Below are positions 14,068 to 27,897 of a stretch of 64,000 nt of DNA, one piece after another (the stretch's first letter is position 1; the number at the start of each line of letters is the position of its first letter). The position numbers were made by a program, and so were the translations under genes. The notes under the pieces were generated by a model, which had not been told where the DNA came from, did not search any database, and saw only the letters and a program-made list of their open reading frames with translations. The stretch is taken from the NCBI GenBank assembly GCA_951406725.2, contig OX597819.1, forward strand, positions 70,680,001 to 70,744,000, read 5' to 3'. The stretch comes from Octopus vulgaris (Eukaryota).

Positions 14068-15035
14068 GACTAGGGTATTTTTTCGAAATGCCCAAAACAG
14101 CAGGGTTTTCAATCGGTAGATTTAAATAGGTTAGAAAAAAGAAAAAGAATAAAAGAAAAGGGGGGACTGAAGGGAGCAAAAGCTGGGGGTCTAAGGAAGA
14201 GAGAAGAGGGATTTGGGAGAATTGGCGAACCGAAAAAGAAAATAAAGAAAAAAATCTATGAGCTATGAACTAGGAATGACAATGGTAACATCTACAAAAA
14301 TTAATAACAAAAGATCAACTACTACTACTACTACTACTACTACTACGCCCCTCCACGTATTACCCTTGTTCCTGTTCCTCCTCCTCTTCCTCCTACCACT
14401 ACTCCTCTCCACCTCGTATCACCCCACCTCCTGCTCCTGCTCCTGTTCCTCCTCCCCCTCCTCTTCCTCCTCCTACTGCTGCTGCTGCTACTGTTGCTGC
14501 TAGTAGTAATAGTAGTAGTAGTAGTAGTAGTAGTTACTACTACTACTACTACTACCCAGTGACGTCACCACAGATCAACAAGAAAAAAGAAGAAAGAAAC
14601 AGCCGCAGTTACAACATATTTAACAATAACAAATACAAAAGAAAAATATTAAATTGATAGAAATTAGTTGCAAACAAACAATAATAATTAGATAAGAATC
14701 AGAAAAAAATGGAATAAAATGGAAAAACCAATGATTAGAGAAACAGCTATGTATGTATGTATGTATGTATGTATGTATGTATGTATGTATGTATGTATGT
14801 ATGTATGTATGTATGTATGTATGTATGCATGCATGCATATATGTATGTATGTATGCATGCATATATGTATGTATGTATGTATGTGTGTATGTTTGTATGT
14901 ACACTAAGCTAATATATTCTGTTTTATTTTCCGCTTAAATCCTAGTCACCATTGTTTTTGGTTTGTTTTATCCGTCTTCTTCCTTTAAGCTAACTCTGTA
15001 ATTCGGTCACTATATGTGTATATATATGTATGTGC

Positions 15036-15119
<84 letters not shown>

Positions 15120-15192
15120 CTATATGCATATATATATGTATGTATATATATATAAATGTATATATATATGTATATATATATATGTATCTATG

Positions 15193-15225
<33 letters not shown>

Positions 15226-15312
15226 TGTGTGCATGTATTTATGTATCTATATGTATGTATTTATATGCATATGTATGTATGTATACATGTGAATATACGT
15301 CTATCTGTATAC

Positions 15313-15378
<66 letters not shown>

Positions 15379-16080
15379 ATATATATGTGTGTGCGTATAT
15401 ATCTATATGGATATACACATATACACATATTCACACACACACACACACAAAGACACACACGCACACACACAGGTATACACACAGGTACACACACACAAAG
15501 AATATACAGATCGAAGTAAAGACATTAGTAAAATTAATATGAAAGAAGGCGCTAACAGAATGTTACGCGGTAAGAATGTTTGAAAGCAACAACAACAACA
15601 ACAACAAAAATAAGAGAAACAACGACTACATAAATGGAAGCAATCTAGACAGCAGCAACAGCATCAACATTAATGCAATAGAAGAGAAATCGACTTGAAC
15701 AAAGAACAAAAATTTCGGCGGTAGATATATATTTCTTTAAATTGGAATACAGACATTTTTAAAAGTTCAACTAACCTCGTATTGATTGAAAATTTCAAAG
15801 AGTAACGTTGAAGAATTATAATACAGAGAGAGAGAGAGAGATAAAGAGGGAGAGAGAGAGACCAGACCATACTTAGATATACAACAAAGAGATTTGGTGA
15901 TGCAAAAAAGTTTTTCAAAAACCATAAACATAGGAAGTAGAAAAAAAAAACCCAACAGAAAGGCAACAAATAAAAAAGAGGTGAACATTGACTAATTCGT
16001 TAATGTAGTAAGTCCGCTAATGGAGTTTGTATCAATCTTAAAATTGGAAAAGAAACACCACAAAGAAAATGAATTCCTTA

Positions 16081-16832
16081 GGCGCAGGCGTGGCTGTGTG
16101 GTAAGAAGCTTACTTCCCAGCGACACAGTCCCGGGTTCAGTTCCACTGCGTGGAACCTCGGACAAGTGTCTTCTGCTATAGCCTCGGATCGACCAAAGCC
16201 TTGTGAATGCATTTGGGAGACGGAAACTGAAAGAAGCCCGTCGTATATGATGAAGGCGCATGATTTTGTGGTTAGGGTATTCGGCGATACGTTGTGCCCT
16301 TGAGCAAGACACTTTATTATTTCACGGTGCCCCAGTCCACTCAGCTGGCAAAAATGAGGTTGTATCTGTATTTCAAAGATCCAGCCTCGTCGCACTCTGT
16401 GTCACGCTGTCTCTCCCTGAGAACTACGTTAAGGGTAAACGTGTCTGTGGATTGCTCAGCCACTTGCACGTTAATTTCAGGAGCAGGCTGTTACTTTGTT
16501 CAGACCCACTGGAACCCTCGTCATCGTATATATATATAACACCATGATCGCCGTAACCGGCCAGACTATCGGGTGTGGATACACACGCTGGTGACAATGC
16601 CCTTCGCATTGTTTTAACCTTCAAATGACGCCACCCCGCTGGCTAAGCGAGCAGGCCAACAGAAGAAAGAGTGAGAGAAAGTTGTGACGAAAGAGTACAG
16701 CAGGGATCGCTACCACCCCCTGCCGGAGCTTTAGGTGTTTTCACTCAATAAACACTCACAACGCCCGGTCTAGGAATCGAAACCGCGATCCTACGACCGC
16801 GAGTCCGCTGCCCTAACCACTGGGCCATTGCG

Positions 16833-16836
<4 letters not shown>
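16081..16836. mobile_element. Cluster of three SINEs: B head (+, 16081-16243), D/C-type (+, about 16255-16525), C (-, about 16545-16836)
   Basis: Each piece matches other family members in the window. Confidence 0.75.
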
Positions 16837-16913
<77 letters not shown>

Positions 16914-17901
16914 CATACTCATACCTCGGTACTAAGGACTAATAGGTGGAGGGCGAACATCGATCTGATGAAGCCGATTGTACGTAGGTACCGACACTAA
17001 GGATAGGTTACGTTAGGGGTGGCTTATATCAACAATTACATTGCGAAAGCCAGAGGAATAAATAGAGTACTGTACTCTTAATCAAGACTTCGAATTTCAA
17101 ACCGGGCGATGTGTGTGTTTATGAGCAAAACACCTAAGCTACACGCGGCTCCGGCAGAAGGTAATGGCGAACTTCTGCTGACTCTTTCGCCACAACTTTC
17201 TCTCACTCTTTCCTCTTGCATCTTGCAGCTCACCTGCGACGGACCGGCGTCCCGTCCAGGTGGGGAACCTATACGCCAAGGAAACCGGGAAACCGGCCCT
17301 TATGAGCCAGGCGTAGCTCGAGAAGGAGCAAACAAACTCTTAATCAAACACACTATCCAATCCGACAGTGTAAAATACCTGTACACTGTAAATATACACT
17401 GAATATAAGGGAGGAAATTGTTGTATACACTGCTCAGGTGCACTACAACAAAACAAAAAGACCATCAGGTGTATTCTGGCGGATTTCTGGGAGCATGGAA
17501 GTTTTGATACACTAAATTCAACATTTTTAATATAAAATCAGATTTACTATGGTTATGGTTGGTGATATGCCATTATTTTGTCCACTGCTTCCAAAACCCG
17601 CTAACGGGAGGTCTGTAGTGCCGTGGTATGAGTGTGTATGTAGATATATATATATATATATATTAGAAATGGAATCCAAAACAATAAATTGAACAATTAT
17701 AGATTCAATTCAATTTAAATATTTTATGCAATAAAACGACACATCTCATAAATTACATGTTTCTGCTTCATTGATAAAACCAAATTTTTTAAGAATAATA
17801 AAATCCTGTTTAAATATATAATATATAATGAGGTTTCATCAGATATCTTCTTCAATATTTCACGAAAAATAGCAGCTGAAAATTTTATAACTGCTAATTT
17901 G

Positions 17902-17960
<59 letters not shown>

Positions 17961-18083
17961 GGTATGTATGTATGTATGTATGTATGTATGTATGTATGTA
18001 TGTATGTGTGTGTGTATGCGCGTGTATGTGTGCGTGTGTGCATGTGTATATATATATATGTGTATGTATATATATCTATATCT

Positions 18084-18131
<48 letters not shown>

Positions 18132-18139
18132 CAATGACT

Positions 18140-19330
18140 CATTTCAATGATTCTTTGTAGCAATGGCTTTGCTCGTATACGAGAAAGCAGCATTTGATAA
18201 TGCAATGTGACGCCCTTATATGAATCTTGAATCCCGCCAAAGATTTTCACATCTTATTACATAATGCAGAGTTGAGCTGACTTGCAGAAGGAACCGATGC
18301 CATAGTAAGAAGTCTTTTGACATGTCTTTTTAGCCCTCCAACTGAACGGCACACTTTTCCACGGGTTGCGCATGTTCTGTTGTCAATAATACCAATATCA
18401 TAAATTACAAAGGGGTCGATTTCCGTGGTTTCTTTGATGGCTGACCAGGCCTGCATGACTTGAGCTTTTCCCCCTACCAGTCACACACGTAAAAATCAAT
18501 GCTCCTTTATTTTTTTTGGTTCGTTCTTTCTAAGCTTCCTTCTGATCTTTTCATGCTTCATTTTCTCTCTTTCAAACTTCAAACACACCACTGTGCTCTC
18601 TTTTCCTCCATCTCTTTCGGTCTTGTGCTCCTCTCTTCCAATCAATATCTGAAATTCCTATTTATGTCAAAGTAGTTTTAAGGCAGTCTTTCAACCTCAT
18701 TTTAGGTTTATGTGCTGGTCTTTTTACGATCTTTCAACTCACCATACAAAAGTTGCTTAGGGAATATTGTACCATTCATTTCACCAGATGTCCACCCTTA
18801 CCTCAAACGACTTTGCAGAATGATCGATACTGCACTCCTACTATAACTTCCCTCAAGTACCTTTACATCTTTGATCGTCATTCTCCCCCAAGAGCCATAT
18901 GGACTTCGATTGAGAACTATTGACACACGGGAACGAATATGACACGCTACTTCCGGTCTGTCAAATAAATCTCCACAATTCTGGCTTTGTTGTTCAGCTT
19001 GTAAATTTGTCACCAGTGCCCATCGAATGATATTCGTAGTTTCATGGCTCTCACTATTGCCTTAAAAACTACAACGCAACTTTCGTCAAACAATTACTGG
19101 TCATAACGTGACATATTCTTACAAGCTTCGAGTTTTCCGTCTACAAATTCTATCTCTGATTTAATACCCTCTTTCGCTACAACCTCACTAAGCTAATAAA
19201 TTCTGTTTTATTTTCCGCTTAAATCCTACTCACCATTGTTTTTGGTTTGTTTTATAACGCCCCATCCGTCTTCTTCCTTTAAGCTAACTCTGTAATTCGG
19301 TCACTATTGACTTTCCGTGTCGTGAACACC
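18140..19330 (-). pseudogene. Decayed RTE-clade LINE 3' fragment
   Basis: Minus-strand peptides QLLYGELK, RPAHKPKMRLKDCLK and C-terminal ...GKVCRSVGGLKRH; many stops and frameshifts. Confidence 0.65.
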
Positions 19331-19435
19331 GTATGAAGCTTCCAAACAAGAGTTATCTCTATTCCTTTCTCTCTCTCTCTAACTCTCTGTATATACCCAC
19401 TCTCTCTAATTCTCTCTCTATTCCATCTCTCTCAT

Positions 19436-19466
<31 letters not shown>

Positions 19467-20379
19467 CTAATTCTCTCTCTCAACATGTTGTTTAAATTGA
19501 TGGCACAATTCACAAACATGTGATAAGTATAAAGAACTACTCGAAATTATGGCCAAATCCACATAACTCCTATCCACTAAACCAGTGAGTATTCTATTGA
19601 TGTTCGTTTGTTCAAACAAACGAACAGCAGTAATGGTTATCCAACAACCCTTCGTTCAATTTATTTTTTGAAAAACGAAAAATCCTTTTTTAGCGTCTTG
19701 CTTTTATTACATTTTTAAATATTCTGGAAAATATCTATCGCTAACATGCATTCAGAGTTGGAATCCCACTAGAGTCGTGGCTAATATCCGTTTCATTTAG
19801 TCAAATCAGTATAACTTAGGGAATTCTTGTTATTTCAACCAATGAAAAGAAGCTTATGAATTTATTTACTAAAAGATGTGGCCTGTTTCCCCTTCACTTT
19901 GTCTATATACGGCAAACTAAAAGGAAATTTCTTTTTGTCTTTTTAATTTACGAGTTCGTCTGTATGAATTCAAATGATATAAACGACATTGAAAGGTCTT
20001 GTGGCTGAAACTGAGCAAAAGCTGTCATAAAACCTTCGTTTGGACAATATCTCTCTTCTCACAATAAAATCCCTCATTAGGTTTGTCTTGTCTGAAACCA
20101 TACCTGAAGAGTCATGAGCATGACCTTTTCCTCCTTCCAATTGTAGAGAGGTTATGTGTCCCTGGCGAATTGAGTTTCACGGTGATACTCGATAAATTTC
20201 AATCACGTCCCAGCTGTATTCTTGGGATATTCTTTCGCTTTTGAAATTAGGTTTCATCTTATGATTACGGTTTTTTTTTTTTGCAATGAAGTAATGTTCT
20301 CATTCTTCTATTTAAAAAAATGAGTAAGAAACAGCTGTAACGAGCTGCCAATTATCCATCGTCTGTTATTATTCATTTG

Positions 20380-20438
<59 letters not shown>

Positions 20439-20476
20439 GTATGTATAGAGTGTTAGGTGTGATGTACAATAATTGA

Positions 20477-20627
20477 ATATTGAAAAAAGATTCGTCAGAA
20501 TTTTGGAAAATAAATCTTTTTATTTCTTCATTATTATGACCCGGGTTACTACACATAAACCCGGGACATAATAATGAAGAAATAAAAAGATTTTTTTCCA
20601 AAATTCTGACGAATTTTTTCTCAATAT
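20477..20627. repeat. About 150-bp near-perfect palindrome
   Basis: ATATTGAAAAAAGATTCGTCAGAATTTTGG...ATGACCCGGGTT-loop-AACCCGGGACAT...CCAAAATTCTGACGAATTTTTTCTCAATAT. Confidence 0.9.
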
Positions 20628-20647
20628 ATATATATATATATATATAT

Positions 20648-21644
20648 ATTTATTTTATAGAAGGAGCTTCTACAGGACTAGAACTGTTTCATTCAAAAGA
20701 AATCATCAGGAAGCTAGTTGACAAGAGTTGTTTTGGCATTTATACATTTAGGCAGGTTTAAATGGGTGGTGGTGGGGGACTTTTTTGGGGGTAGGCATGG
20801 CGCAAAAACGTCATTATTAGGGGAGTGGTCAAAGGAATCGGTGGTAAAGTAGATAAAAGAATAAATAAAAGAATAAAAAAATAAAATAAAAAAAATATAA
20901 ATAGAAAAATAGAGTTTTAGGTAAGTTGGGAGACTCTCACTTGTACATCTACATATATATATATATATATACACATATATACACCCGCATATTCACATAT
21001 ATCTATACATATACATACATACCCACATATACATACATATATACATATACATACACATACATATACACACATATATATACATATATATACATACACATAC
21101 CCATGTACGTACACACAGATACACATATACATACATATACATACATATATGTATACCCACTCGCATATATATATACATACAAATGCATATACATGCACAC
21201 ACATACACACACATTTTTATTCTCTTATTTTAATTTTATTATTACTACTTTTGTTTATATCTTTATTTTTATCTTGACCGGTCAGCCGGTCTCAAGGGAT
21301 GATATAAAGATACCGTTTATCTATCTACTTACTGATACGAACGCAAGCACTCACTCACGCCCACACACTCACACGTACACACACGCACGTGTTATATTCA
21401 TACACGCATACATCTACATACATTCACGTATATTCACATACACGCATACACATACATACCTCAACACACCCACAGGAGACTAGTCCATACATATACACTA
21501 ATTAATATATATACACATATACATATACACATACATACACATACATACACATACATACACATATACATATATATATATACATATATATTCATATACATAT
21601 ACATACACATATACATTCATACATATATACACATACACACATAC

Positions 21645-21690
<46 letters not shown>

Positions 21691-21929
21691 CGGGAAGCTT
21701 TATGAAAAAAAAAATATATATATATATATATATACATATATATGCGTACACATACACACACGCGCGCATCTATATATACACATAAGTACATACATGCATA
21801 AAAAATATGCATAAATGTATACATATGTCTATACATATGCATACACATCCTCACACACACGCGCCTCCTTATGTTCATAAAAACATACATGCATACGGGC
21901 ATATACATATATACATACATGCATACTCA

Positions 21930-21970
<41 letters not shown>

Positions 21971-22130
21971 TATATACGTGCAGTTACCCATTATACAAAC
22001 GGATACATACATATAAACATACCCATATATACCTATTTACACATATGTATATATACATACATACATACACACATAACTCTACATACCTACATATACATAA
22101 ACACACAAGCATACATATATATATATATAC

Positions 22131-22175
<45 letters not shown>

Positions 22176-22342
22176 TATATATATATATATACACATACAT
22201 ATACATATATACATACATATACATATCCATATACACATACACACATACACATATACACACACATACGCACACATATATATATATATATACATTTACACAC
22301 ACATTTACACATATATATATACACATACACATACACACACAC

Positions 22343-22373
<31 letters not shown>

Positions 22374-23033
22374 CACATATATATATATATATACATGTGT
22401 ATATATACACATATATATATATATACATATATATACACACAAGCACATACATGCATAAATGTATACATATGTTTATACAATTGCATACACATACACACAC
22501 TCACGCGCCTCCTTATATACATAAATACATACATGCATACAAACGCATACTCATGTAATAAATAATGAATAATAAATAATAGATATATATACACATGCAG
22601 TTACCCTTTGTACAGACGGAAACATACATATAAGCATACACGTATATACCTATCTACACATATGTATATATACATACATACATGCACATACACATAACTC
22701 TACATACTTACATATACATAAACACACGAGCGTATTTTTTTATTCTTTTATTTATTCTTTTATCTACTTTACCACCGATTCCTTTGACCACTCCCCTAAT
22801 AATGACGTTTTTGCGCCATGCCTACCCCCAAAAAAGTCCCCCACCACCACCCATTTAAACCTGCCTAAATGTATAAATGCCAAAACAACTCTTGTCTACT
22901 AGCTTCCTGATGATTTCTTTTGAATGAAACAGTTCTAGTCCTGTAGAAGCTCCTTCTATAAAATAAATTAATTTACTCTGCTATGTATTGAGTACCTTAT
23001 TTACTGTGGTTAACCCCGACTCAACCCGGGACC

Positions 23034-23035
<2 letters not shown>
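20648..23035 (+). mobile_element. Non-autonomous Penelope-like element with inverted pLTRs
   Basis: About 235-bp near-identical inverted arms 20648-20883 / 22733-22968, an HHR-like motif in each arm, a non-coding microsatellite body and a 3' extension beyond the right arm. Confidence 0.65.
22898..22939 (+). ncRNA. Type I hammerhead ribozyme-like motif
   Basis: ACTAG(cttc)-CTGATGA-tTTC-TTTT-GAAt-GAAA-CAG-TT-CTAGT; mirrored on the minus strand near 20677-20718. Confidence 0.5.
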
Positions 23036-23079
<44 letters not shown>

Positions 23080-23697
23080 GTGGATGAATTTTCTCCCTAC
23101 GTCCCTGCACACAAATCTTGCTAACGTTTCAAGATCTCGACCCTTCATCCATTTGCTTTGGCCTACATTATATATATAGAGTTCTTAGAAATAATTCCAC
23201 CCTCGCAGCTTGCGAGGTCGGTTTAAACTTCATTTCGGATCGTGAAACGAAGCGCGTTCGACACTCTTCCGGCCTATATAAATATTTTCTTAACAAGCCG
23301 CTACAATTTGACCAGAATGAACACACTAAACTTCATTATGACATTCATTCCACACTGACATTTTACACAGTCCAGATATTTCCCACAAGGAATTAACATG
23401 ATCGGTGATGTGAATTCATTTCTACAGAGATTTGAAACCATATGGCGAACACATTTTTTCGAGAGCAAGCAACTTGACTTAAAGGGCTCCCCACACTATA
23501 AAAATAAAATATCGATTTCTTTCTTGAAAGACAAGGTATAATTTCTGCACGAAAGGCTGTATAGTTGATGGAATCGACTTCCATTAATTTACTGGCACCG
23601 ACGTCTTTGACACGGAGATGATATATTTCAAAGCCAGAGATAATTCTAGAAAGGACGAAACTAGATATTGATTTCTGACCAATTCTAACTGACAAAT

Positions 23698-23734
<37 letters not shown>

Positions 23735-23827
23735 CATATATATACATATACACACCCGTATACATACTCACACATACATACATATATATTATATATATAT
23801 GTTTATATGTATTGTTGTATATATATG

Positions 23828-23896
<69 letters not shown>

Positions 23897-23977
23897 ATGT
23901 ATGTATGTATATATATATATATGTATGTATGTATGTGTATATATATATATGTATATATATATATGTATGTATGTATG

Positions 23978-24062
<85 letters not shown>

Positions 24063-24480
24063 GTATGTATTTATATATGTATGTATGTATGTCAAATTAT
24101 TGCTTATGTGAGGAGTAAAATAAAAACAATTTTACACTAATCTGGAACATTAATCAATACTATTTGTAGGGCACATATTCATGATACTTCTTTTTAAAAG
24201 AAAGTGGTGATAGTGATTTCGAAGTTTCGGCTAGAGGTGGAAATTTCGAAGTCACTGTCCCCATTCTCCTTGTAAAGGTATTGCATACACATACACACAC
24301 ACAAACACACATATATCCTGTTTATCTGCATCACTATCTACGTACATACATACATACGTACATACGTACATACATACATATATATATACATGCATACATA
24401 CACATACATACGCACATACGTATATACATACATACGTACATATGCACATACATACATACATACATACATACATACATACA

Positions 24481-24511
<31 letters not shown>

Positions 24512-24599
24512 GTACATACATACATTCATACATTTTTTTGCTTGTTTCAGCTCAGAGCTGCGGCCATGCTGATGCACCGCCGTTATACAGTATATACAT

Positions 24600-24860
24600 C
24601 ATGTTGTTACACATCGCCGGTCACAATGCACTTTACCTCGTTTTAGCATTCGAATAATCCCACCTTGCTTGTTAGGTGAGCAAACCAGCATTTCCCTTGA
24701 CTGGAACGCTAGGTCCATTGCAGGGGTTAACCAATTATAGCTGAATAAAATGGAGCAACGCGAAAATGAAATGTTTTGCTCGTGAACACAGGGCGTCGCT
24801 TGGACCTGGAATCGAACGTACGAGCTCAAGGTCGCGAATGCAAACCGCTAACCACTATGC

Positions 24861-24863
<3 letters not shown>
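24600..24863 (-). mobile_element. Old tRNA-derived SINE (C/D-related)
   Basis: Minus strand GTGGCATAGTGGTTAGC...GTTCGATTCCAGG head and a tail shared with the copy at 13440-13500. Confidence 0.6.
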
Positions 24864-24892
<29 letters not shown>

Positions 24893-25341
24893 CAATAGCG
24901 TCAGAAGCAGTATCAATTTTTATTCTTTTACTTGCTTCAGTAATTTGACTGAGGCCATGCTGGAGCTGCCTTCCTCTTCTCAAAGCACGTTTTTTCAGCA
25001 TTCACCACTTCACATCGTCTTGGCCTAACAGCCCTCACCGTTTGTTTTTACTGTTTTGTTCTTTCCGTCCCGTTTTTGTCACCACTTTAACCCTCCGCAA
25101 AAAATCCCAAATTTTATTTAATTTGCTTTACGGGAAGGACTGTTTTAACAGTCGCGTCTTGTCCCTACCTTCGAAACGCGCAGTAGATAAAACAGGTGAC
25201 AACTGATGAAAGGAATGCTCTTTATGTTACATGTCTCGTTTCTCATTTTGTTCACGTTTTTTTATGTCCTGTACTCATATATGCATGTATATAGACATAT
25301 ATATGTAGGTATGTACATATATGTATGTATATATGCATATA

Positions 25342-25395
<54 letters not shown>

Positions 25396-25397
<2 letters not shown>

Positions 25398-25600
25398 CGG
25401 AGGGGCGGCTGTGAGGTACATAGCTTGCTTACCAACCACATGGTTCCGGGTTCAGCCCCACTGCGTGGCACCTTGGGCAACTGTTTTCTACTATAGCCTC
25501 GGGAAAGCCTTGTGAGTGGATTTGGTAGACGGAAACTGAAAGAAGCCCGTCGTATGTATGTATGTATGTATGTATGTATGTATGTATGTATGTATGTATG

Positions 25601-25655
<55 letters not shown>

Positions 25656-25810
25656 TGTGCGTGTATGTTTGTGTCTCTGTTTGTCCCCCCAACATTGCTT
25701 GACAACCGATGCTCGTGTGTTTAAGTCTCCGTAACTTAGAGGTAACATAAGAGACCGATAGAATACGTACAAGGTTTACAAAGAATAAGTCCTGGGGTCG
25801 ATTTGACTAA
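25396..25810 (+). mobile_element. SINE family B
   Basis: Head, internal (TATG)n(TA)n and partial tail. Confidence 0.8.
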
Positions 25811-25819
25811 AGAACTAAA

Positions 25820-25886
<67 letters not shown>

Positions 25887-27357
25887 TAAGAAGAGTGCTC
25901 ATATCTTCTTTGACAAAAGCTTTAGTAGCGTAAATAAAATGAAATCGCTCCAGCCGTTTATTGAGCCGGTATTAATTTCAAGGCAACTTGTAGCATTAAC
26001 TTCTGAGCTACTGCGCGCAATACAGTGAAACTATTACTCCGTTTTTACGAAATCATCATGTTAGTAATAGATGTTTTTTGTTGTTGTTGCTTTTTTTGGG
26101 GTGGGGGTTGTCTCAGAAAGCGAAATATACGTGAATGACAAATGTAGTTTCCATAGTAACCATAACAGTTAATTATCTGATTGGCTTTAGATAACGTGTG
26201 TTTGTTGGTCGATAACTGGAATTGTAACCCAACTAAATGCTTGTTTTATCGCTTCATCGCTCCGAAATAATCTTCTAACTGAATGCATTCTAGCAAAGGT
26301 AAATAAATGAGTAAATAAATAAAAATTGATGAAGCAATAAATATATTTTAAAAAAAACAACAAAAGAACAAATATATGATTAAACATAATAAAACCGTCG
26401 AAATTTTTCAGAATGATGTCAACATCGATTAGAAAATAGTGACTTATTGATTTTGGTAAAGCAATGATCGATTTATTTTTATGTGTGTGTGGGTAGGTGG
26501 GGAGGCGTGTTATCACGTCGGCAAATATGTTTTACGGCATGTGTTCAGACACTCTGCATTCTGAGTTCAATCCCATCTACCTGAAGCAGGCAACGAGAAA
26601 CCAATCCGAATTCATCATAAATCTAGTCATGGATGGCTGTAGTTCCGTTAGTTTACTTAAGGCCGGCAGGGAGCGTACGGGCCCCTTCGGATTGTATACA
26701 CAATATCTGGAGAAGGCTATCATGTACAGTGATTTATTAATCGCGTATTGGTTGGAGCTAAAAGGACCGTGTTGATGCTTGTTTCTGGCTTAGTAGCTGT
26801 CATCAGAACGGCGACGATTACACGACTTTATCTCCAATAACCAAGTGACTTCAATTTATACAAAAAAGAAAATACCACATATCCTCTAGAGGCGGAGATA
26901 ATTTTCCTTAATCAAAAATATATCAGTGACGGCGAAATCGATCGCAACAACAACAAGGATGATAACAATAACGACTTACATAAAGATAATTCTTCCGTAC
27001 GACCCCCCCCCCCCACAAATACCACCCATTGCAGAGCAGTCAGCCCAATGTAAAGTGTGCAGTATTTTTGTTCTTACATTGTTGACTAACAATGTCGATT
27101 GTGATTTCTCTGGCAAAGATGTAAAAAAAAAAAAAAAAGAGAAAAATAAACAGAAACTAAAAGCAAAAACGAAAAAGAAAGAAAAGAGATTCCTACTATC
27201 GATTACAAACCTCCCATCTGCGGTTGCTGCTAATTATAGAACCATATGCCAAATTCTCAAACTGGATTTGCGAATAACATGTTCTGAAAACCAAATTTCG
27301 GATGTTATACAGGTGTTGCTGCTTTATTAACGATGGTCAACAAACATCGTGTTTTAT

Positions 27358-27448
<91 letters not shown>

Positions 27449-27464
27449 TGTGTATACATACATC

Positions 27465-27843
27465 GTGGCACTCCGTTGGTTACGACGACGAGGCTTCCAG
27501 TTGATCCGATCAACGGAACAGCCTGCTCGTGAAATTAACATGCAAGTGGCTGAGCACTCCACAGACACATGTACTCTTAGCGTAGTACTCGGGGAGATTC
27601 AGCGTGACACAGAGTGTGAAAAGGCTGGCTCTTTGAAATACAGGTACAACAGAAATAGGAAAAAAGAATGAGAGAAAGTTGTGGTGAAAGAGTACAGCGG
27701 GTTCGTCACCCCACCCTGCCGGAGCTTCGTGGAGCTTTAGAATTTTTCACTCAAAAAACACTGACAACGCCCGGTCTGGGAATTGAAACTGCGGTCCTAC
27801 GACCGCGAGTTCGTTGCCCTAACCACTGGGCCAATGCGTCACC
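27465..27843 (-). mobile_element. SINE family C, full length
   Basis: Reverse complement of the copy at 58818-59194. Confidence 0.85.
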
Positions 27844-27853
27844 ACATGCGTAC

Positions 27854-27897
<44 letters not shown>

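Noticed and set aside
23080-23700. Tc1-like catalytic motifs (VPAHKS, QDLDP)
   Set aside because: Too short and degenerate to support a call without a profile search.
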